A stretch of DNA of 64,000 bases, taken from NCBI GenBank assembly GCA_964448705.1, contig CAYUZS010000004.1, positions 20,105 through 84,104 on the forward strand, given 5' to 3'. The notes beneath the pieces were generated by a model. The model worked only from the letters and a program-made list of their open reading frames with translations. It did not search any database and was not told the origin of the DNA. The translations under genes and the position numbers were made by a program. How positions within the stretch are numbered: position 1 is the first letter of the stretch; the number at the start of each line of letters is the position of its first letter. Source of the DNA: an uncultured Gammaproteobacteria bacterium. Lineage in GTDB: Bacteria; Patescibacteriota; Microgenomatia; UBA12405. Shown piece by piece: positions 18,556-28,380 of this stretch.

Positions 18556-21009
18556 CTAGACTATTCCGTTACCGAAAAGCTTGTCGTAATCCATTTTTGT
18601 TTTTTGATTTTCCTCACTTTTATCGGGAACATTTTCAGTTGTCGGTTGAGGACTTTGTGTTTTTTCAAAGACCGGGTTAGTTTTTTTTGATAACTGCGGT
18701 GGCTGTGGTATTTTAACTTCCTCGGTTTTGTTTATAAACAAAGGTTTATTGTTTTGATTATTATTGGACACTGTTTCCACTTTTAATGGTTCAAATTTCG
18801 GTAATGGGGGCAGCTTTCCGCTGTTATTAATAAACAAATCTTTATACTTCGGTAATCCTCCTTGTGGATTGCTGTTTACTTCTGGAATCTTTTGTTTTTC
18901 TAATTCCTCTTTTTGCTGACGTTCGTGTTCCATAATCTTTGCTTTCTCCATTTCTTCCATTTCCGCTATTCGTTTTTGAATATTTGCTTCAGGGCTGGGT
19001 GCCGCTTTCTCTTCCACAATTTCCTCACTTAATTTTAATTCATTTTTAATATTTTCTTCTTCTACCACCTTCTCTTTTTCCGGTGGTTTTGTCTCGATTA
19101 ATGGGGTTTCTTTTATTACTTCCGTTGGTATTTTTTCCTGAGTTTCCTCAATTTTTGGAACATTTACCACCGCTGCCGTTTCAAAAACTTTTTTCTGTTG
19201 TTTCATTTTTAATATTTCTTCCGGATTAGAAGTGATCAGTTTATGTTCATCTTCAGATGCAACTACCCGAATAGCCACGTGATTTTGTCCTGCAAAAAAT
19301 ATTCCCTCACCTTTATCTGCTGCCAATAACAATTGTTTTTCTCCTTCTGATAGATAAAACACTTGTCCGACCTGATCTATGGCTGCACTATGTTGTTTCA
19401 GTAATATTTGAATTGCGCTGTTAGTCACAATTTCTTTTCCGTATGGAGTCTGTAGAAAATCATCTACATCCTGAGTGATTGTTGTTACTCCCAAATAATA
19501 TTTTCTTCCTCTTTTTACAATTCCTCTTAAAAAGGCTGCCGAGTCATCGTATTGCATTAAATACCAAGCTTCATCGACTACCAATATTCTCTTTTTTAAT
19601 TCTTTTTTAACTACTGTCCAAATGTAGTCCAGGATAATATGCATTGCCACAGGTCTCAATGTCTCTTCCAAATTTCTGATTCCGAAAACCACAAATTGAT
19701 TGTTTAAATTCACCGTTGTTTTTTGGTTAAATATTCCCGCAAAAGATCCTTTAATATATTTCTCCAACCTTGCTGCAATTCCGGCTGCTTTTTGATCTTC
19801 CATTCCTATCAATGATTTATATAAATCTTCAATAAGTGGTGGTTCTTTGTTTTGTGTCTCCGGATCGGGAGTTATCCCTTTCATTTTGTAAGCATCAACA
19901 ATCGCTCTGTCTAAAATAGATTCTTCGATTGGATCCATTTCGCCCAGCATTACTTTAAAAAGTTTGTGTAAAGTTAATACTTTGGAATTTAAAGCATTTT
20001 CTCCCTCATCGACCACCAACGATAAATCGAAAGGATTAATTTTCGATTCCTCTCCGTAGCCAAAAGCAATATATTGTCCGCCTACTGCTTCAGCCAAGTC
20101 TTTATATTCGTTTTCCGGATCAATAACTATAATTTCCGTTCCCATCATCAACGATCGTAAAACTTCCAGTTTAATCAAGTATGACTTTCCTGCACCCGCA
20201 GTGGCAAACACCACAGAATTGTAGTTTTGCATGGAAAATCGGTCAAAAATAATCAATGAACCGTTATGTTCATTTATTCCGTACATAATTCCTTTATCAT
20301 CGGATAGGTCAGAGGATACAAATGGGAAAGTCGTCGCTAAAGAAGTTGTGTCCATGTTCCTGGTCAGATTCAACTTGTCTAAACATAAAGGAAGAGTGGT
20401 AATAAAAGCATCTTCTGATTGATAGTTGGTTCTTTTTGTTAACACCATCAACGCCCCCATCGCCGACTCCAGGTTTTTAGTTATTTTGTCAAGATCGTCT
20501 TTTGTATCTGCCGACAAAGTCATATACAGTCCCATTTGAAAAAATCTTTCCTCACCTTTTACTAAATCTGCCTGTAAGTTCAAAGCATCCTCAAGCTTAG
20601 CCTGAGTTGCCGGATTCACAATTCTTCCTCGTTGAATATCAGTTGTTAATTCTGCCTCCATTTCGGTAATTTTTCTTCTTAAATCGTCTAGAATTTCTTT
20701 CCCGTCGGAAGGGTAAATGTACATGGATATAGTTTGAGAAGCATCAAAATTAATCAATGAAGACAGCCAGTTTATTTCCACAAAACGTCTGTTGATCACC
20801 GTAAACATTGTTCTGTAATACTTATTACCGATTTTTATAAAATCTGTATCTACCTCCAAAGCTCCTGGTGCAATAATGTCTTTTGTTGAAACTAAACCTT
20901 CCACAAAATTTCTTTCATTACTTTTTTTATTCTCTTGTGTCGTTGTTGGTGTTTGGTTTTCTGTTTCGACTTTCTTGCCTTGTCCAAACAGCTTTTTAAA
21001 ATCCATCAT
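18556..21009 (-). CDS. VirB4/TraC/CagE-family type IV secretion ATPase (Gram-positive type)
   Basis: N-terminal 'YYRTMFTVINRRFVEINWLSSL' (YPR..GWL-type block); Walker A-like 'ATAGAGKSY'; Walker B 'ILVVDEAWYLM'. The C-terminal roughly 200 aa are a P/K/E-rich low-complexity extension. Confidence 0.85.
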   Translation of the reverse strand: MMDFKKLFGQGKKVETENQTPTTTQENKKSNERNFVEGLVSTKDIIAPGALEVDTDFIKIGNKYYRTMFTVINRRFVEINWLSSLINFDASQTISMYIYPSDGKEILDDLRRKITEMEAELTTDIQRGRIVNPATQAKLEDALNLQADLVKGEERFFQMGLYMTLSADTKDDLDKITKNLESAMGALMVLTKRTNYQSEDAFITTLPLCLDKLNLTRNMDTTSLATTFPFVSSDLSDDKGIMYGINEHNGSLIIFDRFSMQNYNSVVFATAGAGKSYLIKLEVLRSLMMGTEIIVIDPENEYKDLAEAVGGQYIAFGYGEESKINPFDLSLVVDEGENALNSKVLTLHKLFKVMLGEMDPIEESILDRAIVDAYKMKGITPDPETQNKEPPLIEDLYKSLIGMEDQKAAGIAARLEKYIKGSFAGIFNQKTTVNLNNQFVVFGIRNLEETLRPVAMHIILDYIWTVVKKELKKRILVVDEAWYLMQYDDSAAFLRGIVKRGRKYYLGVTTITQDVDDFLQTPYGKEIVTNSAIQILLKQHSAAIDQVGQVFYLSEGEKQLLLAADKGEGIFFAGQNHVAIRVVASEDEHKLITSNPEEILKMKQQKKVFETAAVVNVPKIEETQEKIPTEVIKETPLIETKPPEKEKVVEEENIKNELKLSEEIVEEKAAPSPEANIQKRIAEMEEMEKAKIMEHERQQKEELEKQKIPEVNSNPQGGLPKYKDLFINNSGKLPPLPKFEPLKVETVSNNNQNNKPLFINKTEEVKIPQPPQLSKKTNPVFEKTQSPQPTTENVPDKSEENQKTKMDYDKLFGNGIV

Positions 21010-21734
21010 AGTTTTGCTGTTGAACTTGTATCTTTGGTAGTCACCATTGGAGAGTCATAGTTAAGAGTTTGTATCTTTTGATTAGGTTCAGTATCTTCGT
21101 TGTATATTTTGTAGAACAATTCGATTAATTCTTTAGTGTTTAAAGCTCTGATCTCCAAACCTAGTCTCGAGAATAACCGGCTTAGATGATCTTTTTTGGG
21201 TTCCAAACTGGCTTTTGCTTTTTCCAATATATAATCTTTGGAAAAGGGTAGTTCTTTTACTGTTTTTTGTGGCATAAAAGGTAATCCCCCCAATACTTGT
21301 GAAGACATACTTTTTATTCCAAGTTCTAATACTGAAAACGGAATCACCATATAAAAAGATTTTGAAAGGACATCGTTTCTCTTGACGGTTTCTTCTATAA
21401 ATTTACGATAGAAAGATATTCTGTCTTTAAGCAGGGGATTGCTTTGGTTTTCTTCAAGCTTTCTTAAATTATTTAGATAAATGCTTACATCTTTTGTACT
21501 TGAAGATATTACAATTTGGATAGGAAAATTAAGAGAATTTAATATTCCTCCATAGGCAAAAACTAAAGCACTTTGCTCCCTTTCTGAAAGTAAGTCGAAA
21601 TTTACCGAAGAAATTTGTAAAACAGCCGCACACGATCCGTCTTTTAATATCACTGTTCCGTCGATAATGTCCTCAATCGGCAGATGCTCTTGAGTACTTC
21701 CTTTAATTGCTATTTTTAATGGATCAATTGCCAT
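21006..21734 (-). CDS. hypothetical T4SS-operon protein, translationally coupled to virB4-like gene
   Basis: 4-nt overlap with the virB4-like start; no motif assignable with confidence. Confidence 0.3.
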   Translation of the reverse strand: MAIDPLKIAIKGSTQEHLPIEDIIDGTVILKDGSCAAVLQISSVNFDLLSEREQSALVFAYGGILNSLNFPIQIVISSSTKDVSIYLNNLRKLEENQSNPLLKDRISFYRKFIEETVKRNDVLSKSFYMVIPFSVLELGIKSMSSQVLGGLPFMPQKTVKELPFSKDYILEKAKASLEPKKDHLSRLFSRLGLEIRALNTKELIELFYKIYNEDTEPNQKIQTLNYDSPMVTTKDTSSTAKL

Positions 21735-21756
21735 ACTAATTTAATAATAACCTACT

Positions 21757-22677
21757 TTAAGTAATCGCTTTAATTTTAATTGGTTCTACTATTTTACCGG
21801 TTAAATTAACATTAATTCTATCGAATTTATACTGTTCTTTTTCTGTAATCACCAAATAGTTTCCATCAGCCATCGGAGTAGTAGTTTTAAATTGCCCTAA
21901 AGAATTGGTTTTTAACACTCTGCTTGGGTTTCCTTTTTCATCTTGAATTTCAATTATTGCTCCCTCAACGATTTTTCCTTCACTGTCTGTTACCATTCCT
22001 ACTACAATGTTTGGAATATCCGGTTTGTCAGGCATTGGTATTTGTCCAAAAACAGTTTTTCCCGTCGCACTCAATTTTTCTGTTTTCAAGTTTAAGTTAA
22101 CCGCTTTATCTTGCCAATTTTCACTGTCGCTCTTTTCATTTAACAATGGTGTTTTTTCTTTTATCGGTTCATCCTGTTGGCTTATTTTAGTCTCTTTAAT
22201 AACCTGCAATTCCTCTTTTTTCTTCTCGGCCAATTCTGTTTCCCGACTCATTTTTACACTCGGTAAAGATTCGATGAACTCTTTTACTTTTTCCTTGTTT
22301 TTAATTGGCAGCGATTCAGTTTCTTCATCTAAAATAACATCATTTACTTTGCTTTTGCTCATGATTAAGTTAATCCAGTCGCTGTCGGGCATTTTCTTGT
22401 AGGTATAGATTGTTGGTGAATAGATCGATTTAATAAAAGACCTTATCCATAAATCTAATGGTCTGTCCTGAAAGGGGACAAAGGCTAACAATAGTCCGCC
22501 GCCGCCGCAAATAATCATTAATGGCCATTTTAAAAAGAAAATTAAATGAGAAGCATTAATTAATAACGCCAGCACAATACCCACCGCCGCTTTCAAAAAT
22601 TGTTTTAATGTCATGTCTCCCACCAGCTTAAACTCATACGAGCTTATCTGTTGAGGAATTGCATGTTGTTCCATCAC
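21757..22677 (-). CDS. membrane protein with C-terminal CarboxypepD_reg-like beta-sandwich domain (first gene of T4SS-like operon)
   Basis: Two N-terminal TM helices. C-terminal 'VGMVTDSEGKIVEGAIIEIQDEKGNPSRVLKTNSLGQFKTTTPMADGNYLVITEKEQY' fits the CarboxypepD_reg/PEGA-type pattern (G.V.D..G.P..gA.V.....G.....Td.nG.F.....p.G.Y). Confidence 0.4.
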   Translation of the reverse strand: MMEQHAIPQQISSYEFKLVGDMTLKQFLKAAVGIVLALLINASHLIFFLKWPLMIICGGGGLLLAFVPFQDRPLDLWIRSFIKSIYSPTIYTYKKMPDSDWINLIMSKSKVNDVILDEETESLPIKNKEKVKEFIESLPSVKMSRETELAEKKKEELQVIKETKISQQDEPIKEKTPLLNEKSDSENWQDKAVNLNLKTEKLSATGKTVFGQIPMPDKPDIPNIVVGMVTDSEGKIVEGAIIEIQDEKGNPSRVLKTNSLGQFKTTTPMADGNYLVITEKEQYKFDRINVNLTGKIVEPIKIKAIT

Positions 22678-22757
22678 TAAATTCTATCTTAACCTTCCTT
22701 TTTTATAAACTTTCAACTTTACGAACTTTCAACTTTATAAACTTGATAAACTACTCT

Positions 22758-23699
22758 ATGTCTCACCTTGTTATTGTCGATGGCCATGCTATTGCTCATC
22801 GTGCCTACCATTCTATTCCTCCGCTTTCCAAAGACGGTCAGCCGGTCAACGCTCTTTATGGTTTCTATTCTATGCTTCTATCGTCTCTTGAAATCCTCAA
22901 ACCTGATTATTTAATAGTTTGTCTCGACTCTCCCGGTCCTACCTTTCGCCAGTCTGAGTTTATTGGCTACCGCGCCCAAAGAAAGCCTGCCGATCACGAT
23001 TTGATTTCTCAGTTGCCTATAATTCCAAAAACACTGGAAACTGCCGGTATAAATAATTTTTCTCTCGGTGGTTTTGAAGCTGACGATCTCATTGGTACTC
23101 TAGCTCGTCGTAGTTTGTTAAAAAAATTCTCAAAATCAAAAAAACCTCTCATTTCCAAAATCACCATTATTACTGGTGATAAAGACTTGATGCAGTTGGT
23201 TAATCCTCAAGTTTCGCTTTTTGTCCCTATTCGTGGTTTATCAGAAACAAAAATTTTTGGTCCCGCTGAAGTTAAAGAAAAATTAGGTGTTACCGCAGAC
23301 CAGGTCGTCGATCTTAAAGCTTTAATGGGAGATATGTCCGACAATTATCCTGGTGTTGCCGGTATTGGTCCGAAAAATGCTGTCGAACTCCTTGATAAAT
23401 ATCAAAATTTGGACAGTATTTATTCTCATCTAGACGATATTAAACCAATCATCCGTGAAAAATTAATAAAAGATCGTGATAACGCTTATCTTTCGCAAAA
23501 ACTGGCTACTATCATCACCAATATTCCCATAAAATTTAACCTAAGATCTGCCAAAGTAGGTAAATCAACTTATTTTGGTTTAAACAATCTTTTTATGGAA
23601 TACAATTTCAAGTCTCTCCTAAATCGTCTCAACAGTCGTCACCCTCAAGTTACAAAATCAAAAAATAAACCAGACTCAAATCAGGCTTCATTGTTTTAA
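22758..23699 (+). CDS. stand-alone 5'-3' exonuclease / flap endonuclease (Pol I N-terminal domain homologue)
   Basis: 'LVIVDGHAIAHRAYHS', 'GFEADDLIGTLA', H3TH region 'DNYPGVAGIGPKNAVELL'. Track start 22659 is a TTG extension; ATG at 22758. Confidence 0.8.
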   Translation: MSHLVIVDGHAIAHRAYHSIPPLSKDGQPVNALYGFYSMLLSSLEILKPDYLIVCLDSPGPTFRQSEFIGYRAQRKPADHDLISQLPIIPKTLETAGINNFSLGGFEADDLIGTLARRSLLKKFSKSKKPLISKITIITGDKDLMQLVNPQVSLFVPIRGLSETKIFGPAEVKEKLGVTADQVVDLKALMGDMSDNYPGVAGIGPKNAVELLDKYQNLDSIYSHLDDIKPIIREKLIKDRDNAYLSQKLATIITNIPIKFNLRSAKVGKSTYFGLNNLFMEYNFKSLLNRLNSRHPQVTKSKNKPDSNQASLF

Positions 23700-23730
23700 T
23701 CTGTTCTTCTTAATTTTGTTATCATAAGGC

Positions 23731-24855
23731 ATGAAGATTGCCCTAGTCCATGACTACCTTAAAGATTACGGTGGAGCCGAATCAGTTCTGGAAACTTTAA
23801 GTGATATTTTCCCGGAAGCTCATATTTTTACTTCTGTTTACGCCCCAAAATATTTTGGTCCTCATCGTGCTCGTCTTGAAAAAAAATGGCATGGCCGTAT
23901 CCATCAAAGTTTTATCGGTTATTTTCCTTTATCTCCTAAGCTTCTCAGCCCTCTGCGCTTTTTATCTCCTCTTCTCTTCAAATCCTTTGACTTTTCCGGC
24001 TACGATCTGATTATTACTTCCGCTACCGGTGCTTTTTTTCCCAATTCTTTGAATAAAAAATCGGCTCGTCTAATCTGTTATTGCCACACCCCTCCGCGAT
24101 ATCTTTATGGTTTGGTAACCGCCCGTTCTCTCGATTGTTGGTTCTATCGTTTAATAAATATTCCTTTGCAGTTTGTCCTTCATTTTTACCGTCTTTTTGA
24201 TTTCAAATTTGCTCAAAATGTTGATCAGTTTATTGCCAATTCTGCCACAACCGCCGCCCGCATCAAAAAATTTTATCGTCGCTCTGCTGTCATTATTAAT
24301 CCTCCTGTCAGTATTCCTAATCTGCCTGCCCTGTCAAGGGAAGGTAGCCGTAGGTCGGAAGGGTTATTTTATCTTACCGGTGGTCGCCTTGCCCGTGCCA
24401 AACGTTACGATATCGCCATCTCTGCTTGTAAAAAACTAAATCTTCCTCTTAAAATTTTTGGTCGTGATTTTGCTGGTTACGAGGCAGAGTTAAAAAAACT
24501 TGCCGGTTCAAAAGTTGAGTTTTTAGGTGAAATTACCAATGAACAAAAATTTCAACTTTTAAGTCAAGCCCAAGCTTTCATTTTTCCCTCCGACAATGAA
24601 GATTTTGGCATTGCTCCGGTTGAAGCTATGGCTTGTGGCACCCCTGTTGTTGGTTATCGCAGTGGTGGAACAGCTGAAACTGTTTTAGATGGTAAAACCG
24701 GAGTTTTGTTCGATAAACTTACTCCTGAATCCTGTGCTCAGGCTATTCAAAAACTTTCTCGGATCAAAATCAGTTCCGACAATTGCCGTTCCCGTGCCAA
24801 GGCTTTCTCTAAAGATGAATTCGTAAGAAAAATTACTAAAATCATTAAATCTTAA
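23731..24855 (+). CDS. glycosyltransferase family 4 (GT-B, group 1)
   Basis: '[45 protein letters not shown]' is the canonical GT4 EX7E block. Confidence 0.8.
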   Translation: MKIALVHDYLKDYGGAESVLETLSDIFPEAHIFTSVYAPKYFGPHRARLEKKWHGRIHQSFIGYFPLSPKLLSPLRFLSPLLFKSFDFSGYDLIITSATGAFFPNSLNKKSARLICYCHTPPRYLYGLVTARSLDCWFYRLINIPLQFVLHFYRLFDFKFAQNVDQFIANSATTAARIKKFYRRSAVIINPPVSIPNLPALSREGSRRSEGLFYLTGGRLARAKRYDIAISACKKLNLPLKIFGRDFAGYEAELKKLAGSKVEFLGEITNEQKFQLLSQAQAFIFPSDNEDFGIAPVEAMACGTPVVGYRSGGTAETVLDGKTGVLFDKLTPESCAQAIQKLSRIKISSDNCRSRAKAFSKDEFVRKITKIIKS

Positions 24856-25811
24856 TTTTTTAACCATCTCTCGGCATCCAGTCCCGCCTTCGCCCCGTCT
24901 CCGGCTGCCACAATTGCCTGTCGATAAACATCATCCACACAATCTCCGGCTGCAAAAATGCCTTCCTTTGAAGTCATTGTTAAAAATTCAGGATTTTTTC
25001 CGGTTAAAATTTGTCCGGTTTCTTTGGTTTCTACCATACCCTTCACAAATTCAGTTTCCGGGGTATGTCCTATTGCCACAAACATTCCATCAATTATTAA
25101 TTCTCTTTCCTCACCGGTTTTATTATTTTTAATCTTTATGGACTCTAATTTTTCTTCCCCATGAATTTCACTTACTTCGTTATTCCATAGAAATTCAATT
25201 TTTTTGTTTTCCGTTACCCGTTTTTTTTGCGGCACTTGCGCCCGAAGTTCATCTCTCCGGTGGATTATATAAACCTTCGATGCAAATTTAGTCAAAAAAT
25301 CCGCATCCTCACAGGCCACATCTCCACCGCCGATCACTGCCACTGTTTTATCTCTAAAAAACATTCCGTCACAGGTTGCGCACCCGGAAATTCCATGGCC
25401 GATTAATTCTCTTTCTTTTGGTATTCCCAACCATTTTGCCTTAGCTCCGGTAGTTATTATCACTGCCTTACTTTTTAAAATTTCACCGTCTTCTAAAGTA
25501 ATTATGAAAATTTTTCTATTGGAGTTTCCTTCAGAGGCGATTGTTTCATCCGAAATGTTTTTAACCAATCCCTGCTTTATTTCTCCGCCCAAATTTTTAA
25601 CCTGTTGCTGCATATCCATCATCAATTTCACTCCACCGGTTCCGTTTGTAAATCCTGGCCAATTATCCACCGTAGTTGTAATTGTCAGTTGACCTCCCGG
25701 AGTATTTCCCGAGATTACGATAGTCTTTAAATTTGCTCTGATATTATAAATAGCTGCTGTCAGTCCGGCCGGTCCCGAACCGATGATAATTGTGTCATAA
25801 ATTTCTTGCAT
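24852..25811 (-). CDS. trxB: thioredoxin-disulfide reductase
   Basis: FAD site '[15 protein letters not shown]'; redox-active 'GCATCDG'; NADPH site '[14 protein letters not shown]'; 319 aa. Confidence 0.9.
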   Translation of the reverse strand: MQEIYDTIIIGSGPAGLTAAIYNIRANLKTIVISGNTPGGQLTITTTVDNWPGFTNGTGGVKLMMDMQQQVKNLGGEIKQGLVKNISDETIASEGNSNRKIFIITLEDGEILKSKAVIITTGAKAKWLGIPKERELIGHGISGCATCDGMFFRDKTVAVIGGGDVACEDADFLTKFASKVYIIHRRDELRAQVPQKKRVTENKKIEFLWNNEVSEIHGEEKLESIKIKNNKTGEERELIIDGMFVAIGHTPETEFVKGMVETKETGQILTGKNPEFLTMTSKEGIFAAGDCVDDVYRQAIVAAGDGAKAGLDAERWLKN

Positions 25812-25894
25812 AATACTAATTTTACAGTAACCGTCAATTTTTTAAGTTTCTAAATTATCTTGCTAATTTCTCTTTATTCATTAATAATTAAACG

Positions 25895-26815
25895 ATGTCC
25901 CGTGATAGCCGTAAAGTTTTTTCCTTTGTCCTTAAAATAATTTCTGATCGTTGGGGTTTGTTTTTTTGGTTGTTTGTTCGTTTTGTTTCTGCCATTCTCC
26001 CTTTAGTTACTATTTATCTTTATTCCTTAGTTGTCGGTCAGTTGGAAAAAAAACTTTCTCTCTCTCTTCTTACGCTTACTATTCTGGCTACCTTTATTGT
26101 CCGTATTGTTGATAATTATCTCCGTTTGCTTTCCATTTCCAAATTAGAAATAGTCATCAGCAACATCAGTTTTGATATCCACAATTATTTTCTTTCTGAT
26201 TTAGATTCCAAGAGTAAAGAGGATCGTCATGCTGCTGTTCAGGCCGTTCGTAATTTTTCTGATGCCTCATCCGTCACTTTGAATTTAATCAAACAACCTG
26301 GTGTCGATAGTATTGTCTCTTTCATTTTCATCCCTTTTATTCTTCTCTTCCAGGATTTTCCTTCTTTTGTCATCACCGTAGCTTATATTGCAGTTTATTT
26401 CAGTATCGATACCTACACCACTCAACGTTATTCAGAATTAAAAGATATTCAGAATACTAAAACTGAAGCTTATTATGCCAAACTTCAGGATAGTAATGAT
26501 TTTGATTTGGAACAAACTGCTTATACCCGCCATTTTGACCGTTTAAGTCGTTGGGGTACTACTGAATGGTTTTCTTTGCAAAATTCTGCAGTTTTTTTCT
26601 ATTGTTTAAATCTTTTTTACTTGGTTTACCAAGTCTCTCTTGGTCAACAAAGTTTATCCGGTTTAGTTTTGGTTATGGGATATGTTTCTCAGACTCAAAC
26701 CTTTCTCAATTCCTTTTCCCAAATACTTGATAGCTTAACGGACATGAGTGTTGGTCTAAAACATTTGGCTAAAAATCCGGTTGTTTCTGTTATCGATCTT
26801 GATGATTTGATTTAA
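25895..26815 (+). CDS. membrane protein with ABC-exporter transmembrane-domain-like fold, no nucleotide-binding domain
   Basis: Six predicted TM helices with spacing and motifs like a type-I ABC exporter TMD. The ORF ends before mutM with no Walker motifs. Confidence 0.35.
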   Translation: MSRDSRKVFSFVLKIISDRWGLFFWLFVRFVSAILPLVTIYLYSLVVGQLEKKLSLSLLTLTILATFIVRIVDNYLRLLSISKLEIVISNISFDIHNYFLSDLDSKSKEDRHAAVQAVRNFSDASSVTLNLIKQPGVDSIVSFIFIPFILLFQDFPSFVITVAYIAVYFSIDTYTTQRYSELKDIQNTKTEAYYAKLQDSNDFDLEQTAYTRHFDRLSRWGTTEWFSLQNSAVFFYCLNLFYLVYQVSLGQQSLSGLVLVMGYVSQTQTFLNSFSQILDSLTDMSVGLKHLAKNPVVSVIDLDDLI

Positions 26816-26847
26816 TCACTCTTTTTTTATAAACTTTAAGACAATTT

Positions 26848-27696
26848 ATGCCTGAACTTCCCGAAGTTGAAGTAGTTAAACTTTTTTTAGAGGATAAACT
26901 TCTTCATCACACCATCACTAATCTGGAAATTTTAAATAAAAAATCTTTTTCCGGTGATTTTCAAAAAGTTATTAATCAAAAAATAACTGGTTTTTCCCGT
27001 ATAGGAAAACAGCTTTCCATTCATCTTTCCAATCATCTTATCCTTTTAGTTCATCTAAAAATGACCGGTCAGCTCATCTATGATGGTTATGTTCTTGGTC
27101 ACCCCACTAAAGATTCTTTTGATCCTATGCCCAACAGGTCTACCCGGCTTTACTTTGTTTTTAATGATAATTCCCGGCTTTATTTTAATGACCAACGTAA
27201 ATTTGGTTGGATCAGACTTTTTACTCTACCCGATCTTCAGGAATTTCAAAAAAATCTTGGTTTCGATATTTTCGACCCCAAATTCACTCATGATTATTTT
27301 TTTAATCAACTTCAAAAGACCAGTCGACCTGTCAAAACTGTCCTTTTGGATCAACATTTTTTTGCCGGTATTGGCAATATCTATGCCAACGATGCTTTGT
27401 TTTTGTCCGGTATTCACCCTAAAACTTCATCCAAAAAAATCACCCGTCATGAAGCTTTGAAACTTTATCGTTCCCTTTTATCCATTATGAAACAGTCTAT
27501 TTTAGCCGGTGGTTCTACTGCCAAAGATAATAAATATCTTCGTCCGGATGGTACTTCCGGTAAAAATCAATTTTTCTTTCGTGTTTATGAAAGAAAAGGG
27601 GAGCCTTGTCTTAAATGCCGCTCTCTTATAGGGTATTTTAAACTCGGTGGTCGTGGTACTTTTTACTGTCCTAAATGTCAAAAAATCAAGATATAA
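26848..27696 (+). CDS. mutM: formamidopyrimidine-DNA glycosylase (Fpg/MutM; Nei not excluded)
   Basis: N-terminal 'MPELPEVE'; H2TH region; C-terminal zinc finger 'CLKCRSLIGYFKLGGRGTFYCPKCQ'. Confidence 0.85.
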   Translation: MPELPEVEVVKLFLEDKLLHHTITNLEILNKKSFSGDFQKVINQKITGFSRIGKQLSIHLSNHLILLVHLKMTGQLIYDGYVLGHPTKDSFDPMPNRSTRLYFVFNDNSRLYFNDQRKFGWIRLFTLPDLQEFQKNLGFDIFDPKFTHDYFFNQLQKTSRPVKTVLLDQHFFAGIGNIYANDALFLSGIHPKTSSKKITRHEALKLYRSLLSIMKQSILAGGSTAKDNKYLRPDGTSGKNQFFFRVYERKGEPCLKCRSLIGYFKLGGRGTFYCPKCQKIKI

Positions 27697-27753
27697 TTAC
27701 ACCGTAATTGTTCTCTCCGCTTTTTTTATTTTAAACTTTAAAAGTTATATTTT

Positions 27754-28380
27754 ATGATAAAGACGGTTGTTTTTGATATCGGCAACGTTGTTTGGCGGTA
27801 CCGTCCTTTACAGACTGTTCTCTTTCGTCGTTGGGGAAAAATCTTAAATATTTCTGTCTCTGATTTCAGAAAAAATTTTTTTGAAAAAGATAATCTCTAT
27901 CGCTCTTTCGAAGTTGATTCGCTTAATCTGTCTTCCTGGTTTAAAACCATTGCCCCGCAAACTAATCCTCGGTTACTTTTAAGTGTTCTTGATGACGTTT
28001 ATGGCGATTCTCAAATTTTTTCCAAATATTTAAATTATTCCGTAATTTCATTAATCAAAAATATTCGTCGTCAGGGGATTACTGTCGGCTGTCTTTCTAA
28101 TACCGAAAACTATTTTTATCCTTACTTAAAGAAAAATATTATTTCCTATTTTGATTACAGTATTCTTTCCTGGCAGTCAAAATCCCGAAAACCAGATCCT
28201 GATATTTATCAACAGATTTTTAAATACGTTTCCTGTAATCCTTCGGAAGTTTTATTTATCGACGATGTTCCAAACAACACTTTGGGTGCTCAAAAAGTAG
28301 GCCTCAATACCATTCTTTTCCAAAACTATACTCAACTTAAAAAAGAATTAGTTCCTTACTTAATCAAACCTAACGGGTAA
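27754..28380 (+). CDS. HAD-superfamily hydrolase
   Basis: Motif I 'VVFDIGNVV' (DxG variant, as in YihX-type enzymes); C-terminal 'LFIDDVPNN' motif IV-like. Confidence 0.55.
   Translation: MIKTVVFDIGNVVWRYRPLQTVLFRRWGKILNISVSDFRKNFFEKDNLYRSFEVDSLNLSSWFKTIAPQTNPRLLLSVLDDVYGDSQIFSKYLNYSVISLIKNIRRQGITVGCLSNTENYFYPYLKKNIISYFDYSILSWQSKSRKPDPDIYQQIFKYVSCNPSEVLFIDDVPNNTLGAQKVGLNTILFQNYTQLKKELVPYLIKPNG

Noticed and set aside
21006-21734. A specific call (VirB4 N-domain paralogue / VirB3-like) for the 242-aa T4SS-operon protein.
   Set aside because: The resemblance to the VirB4 N-terminus ('DII.G....D') is too weak to support by eye. It is left as hypothetical.
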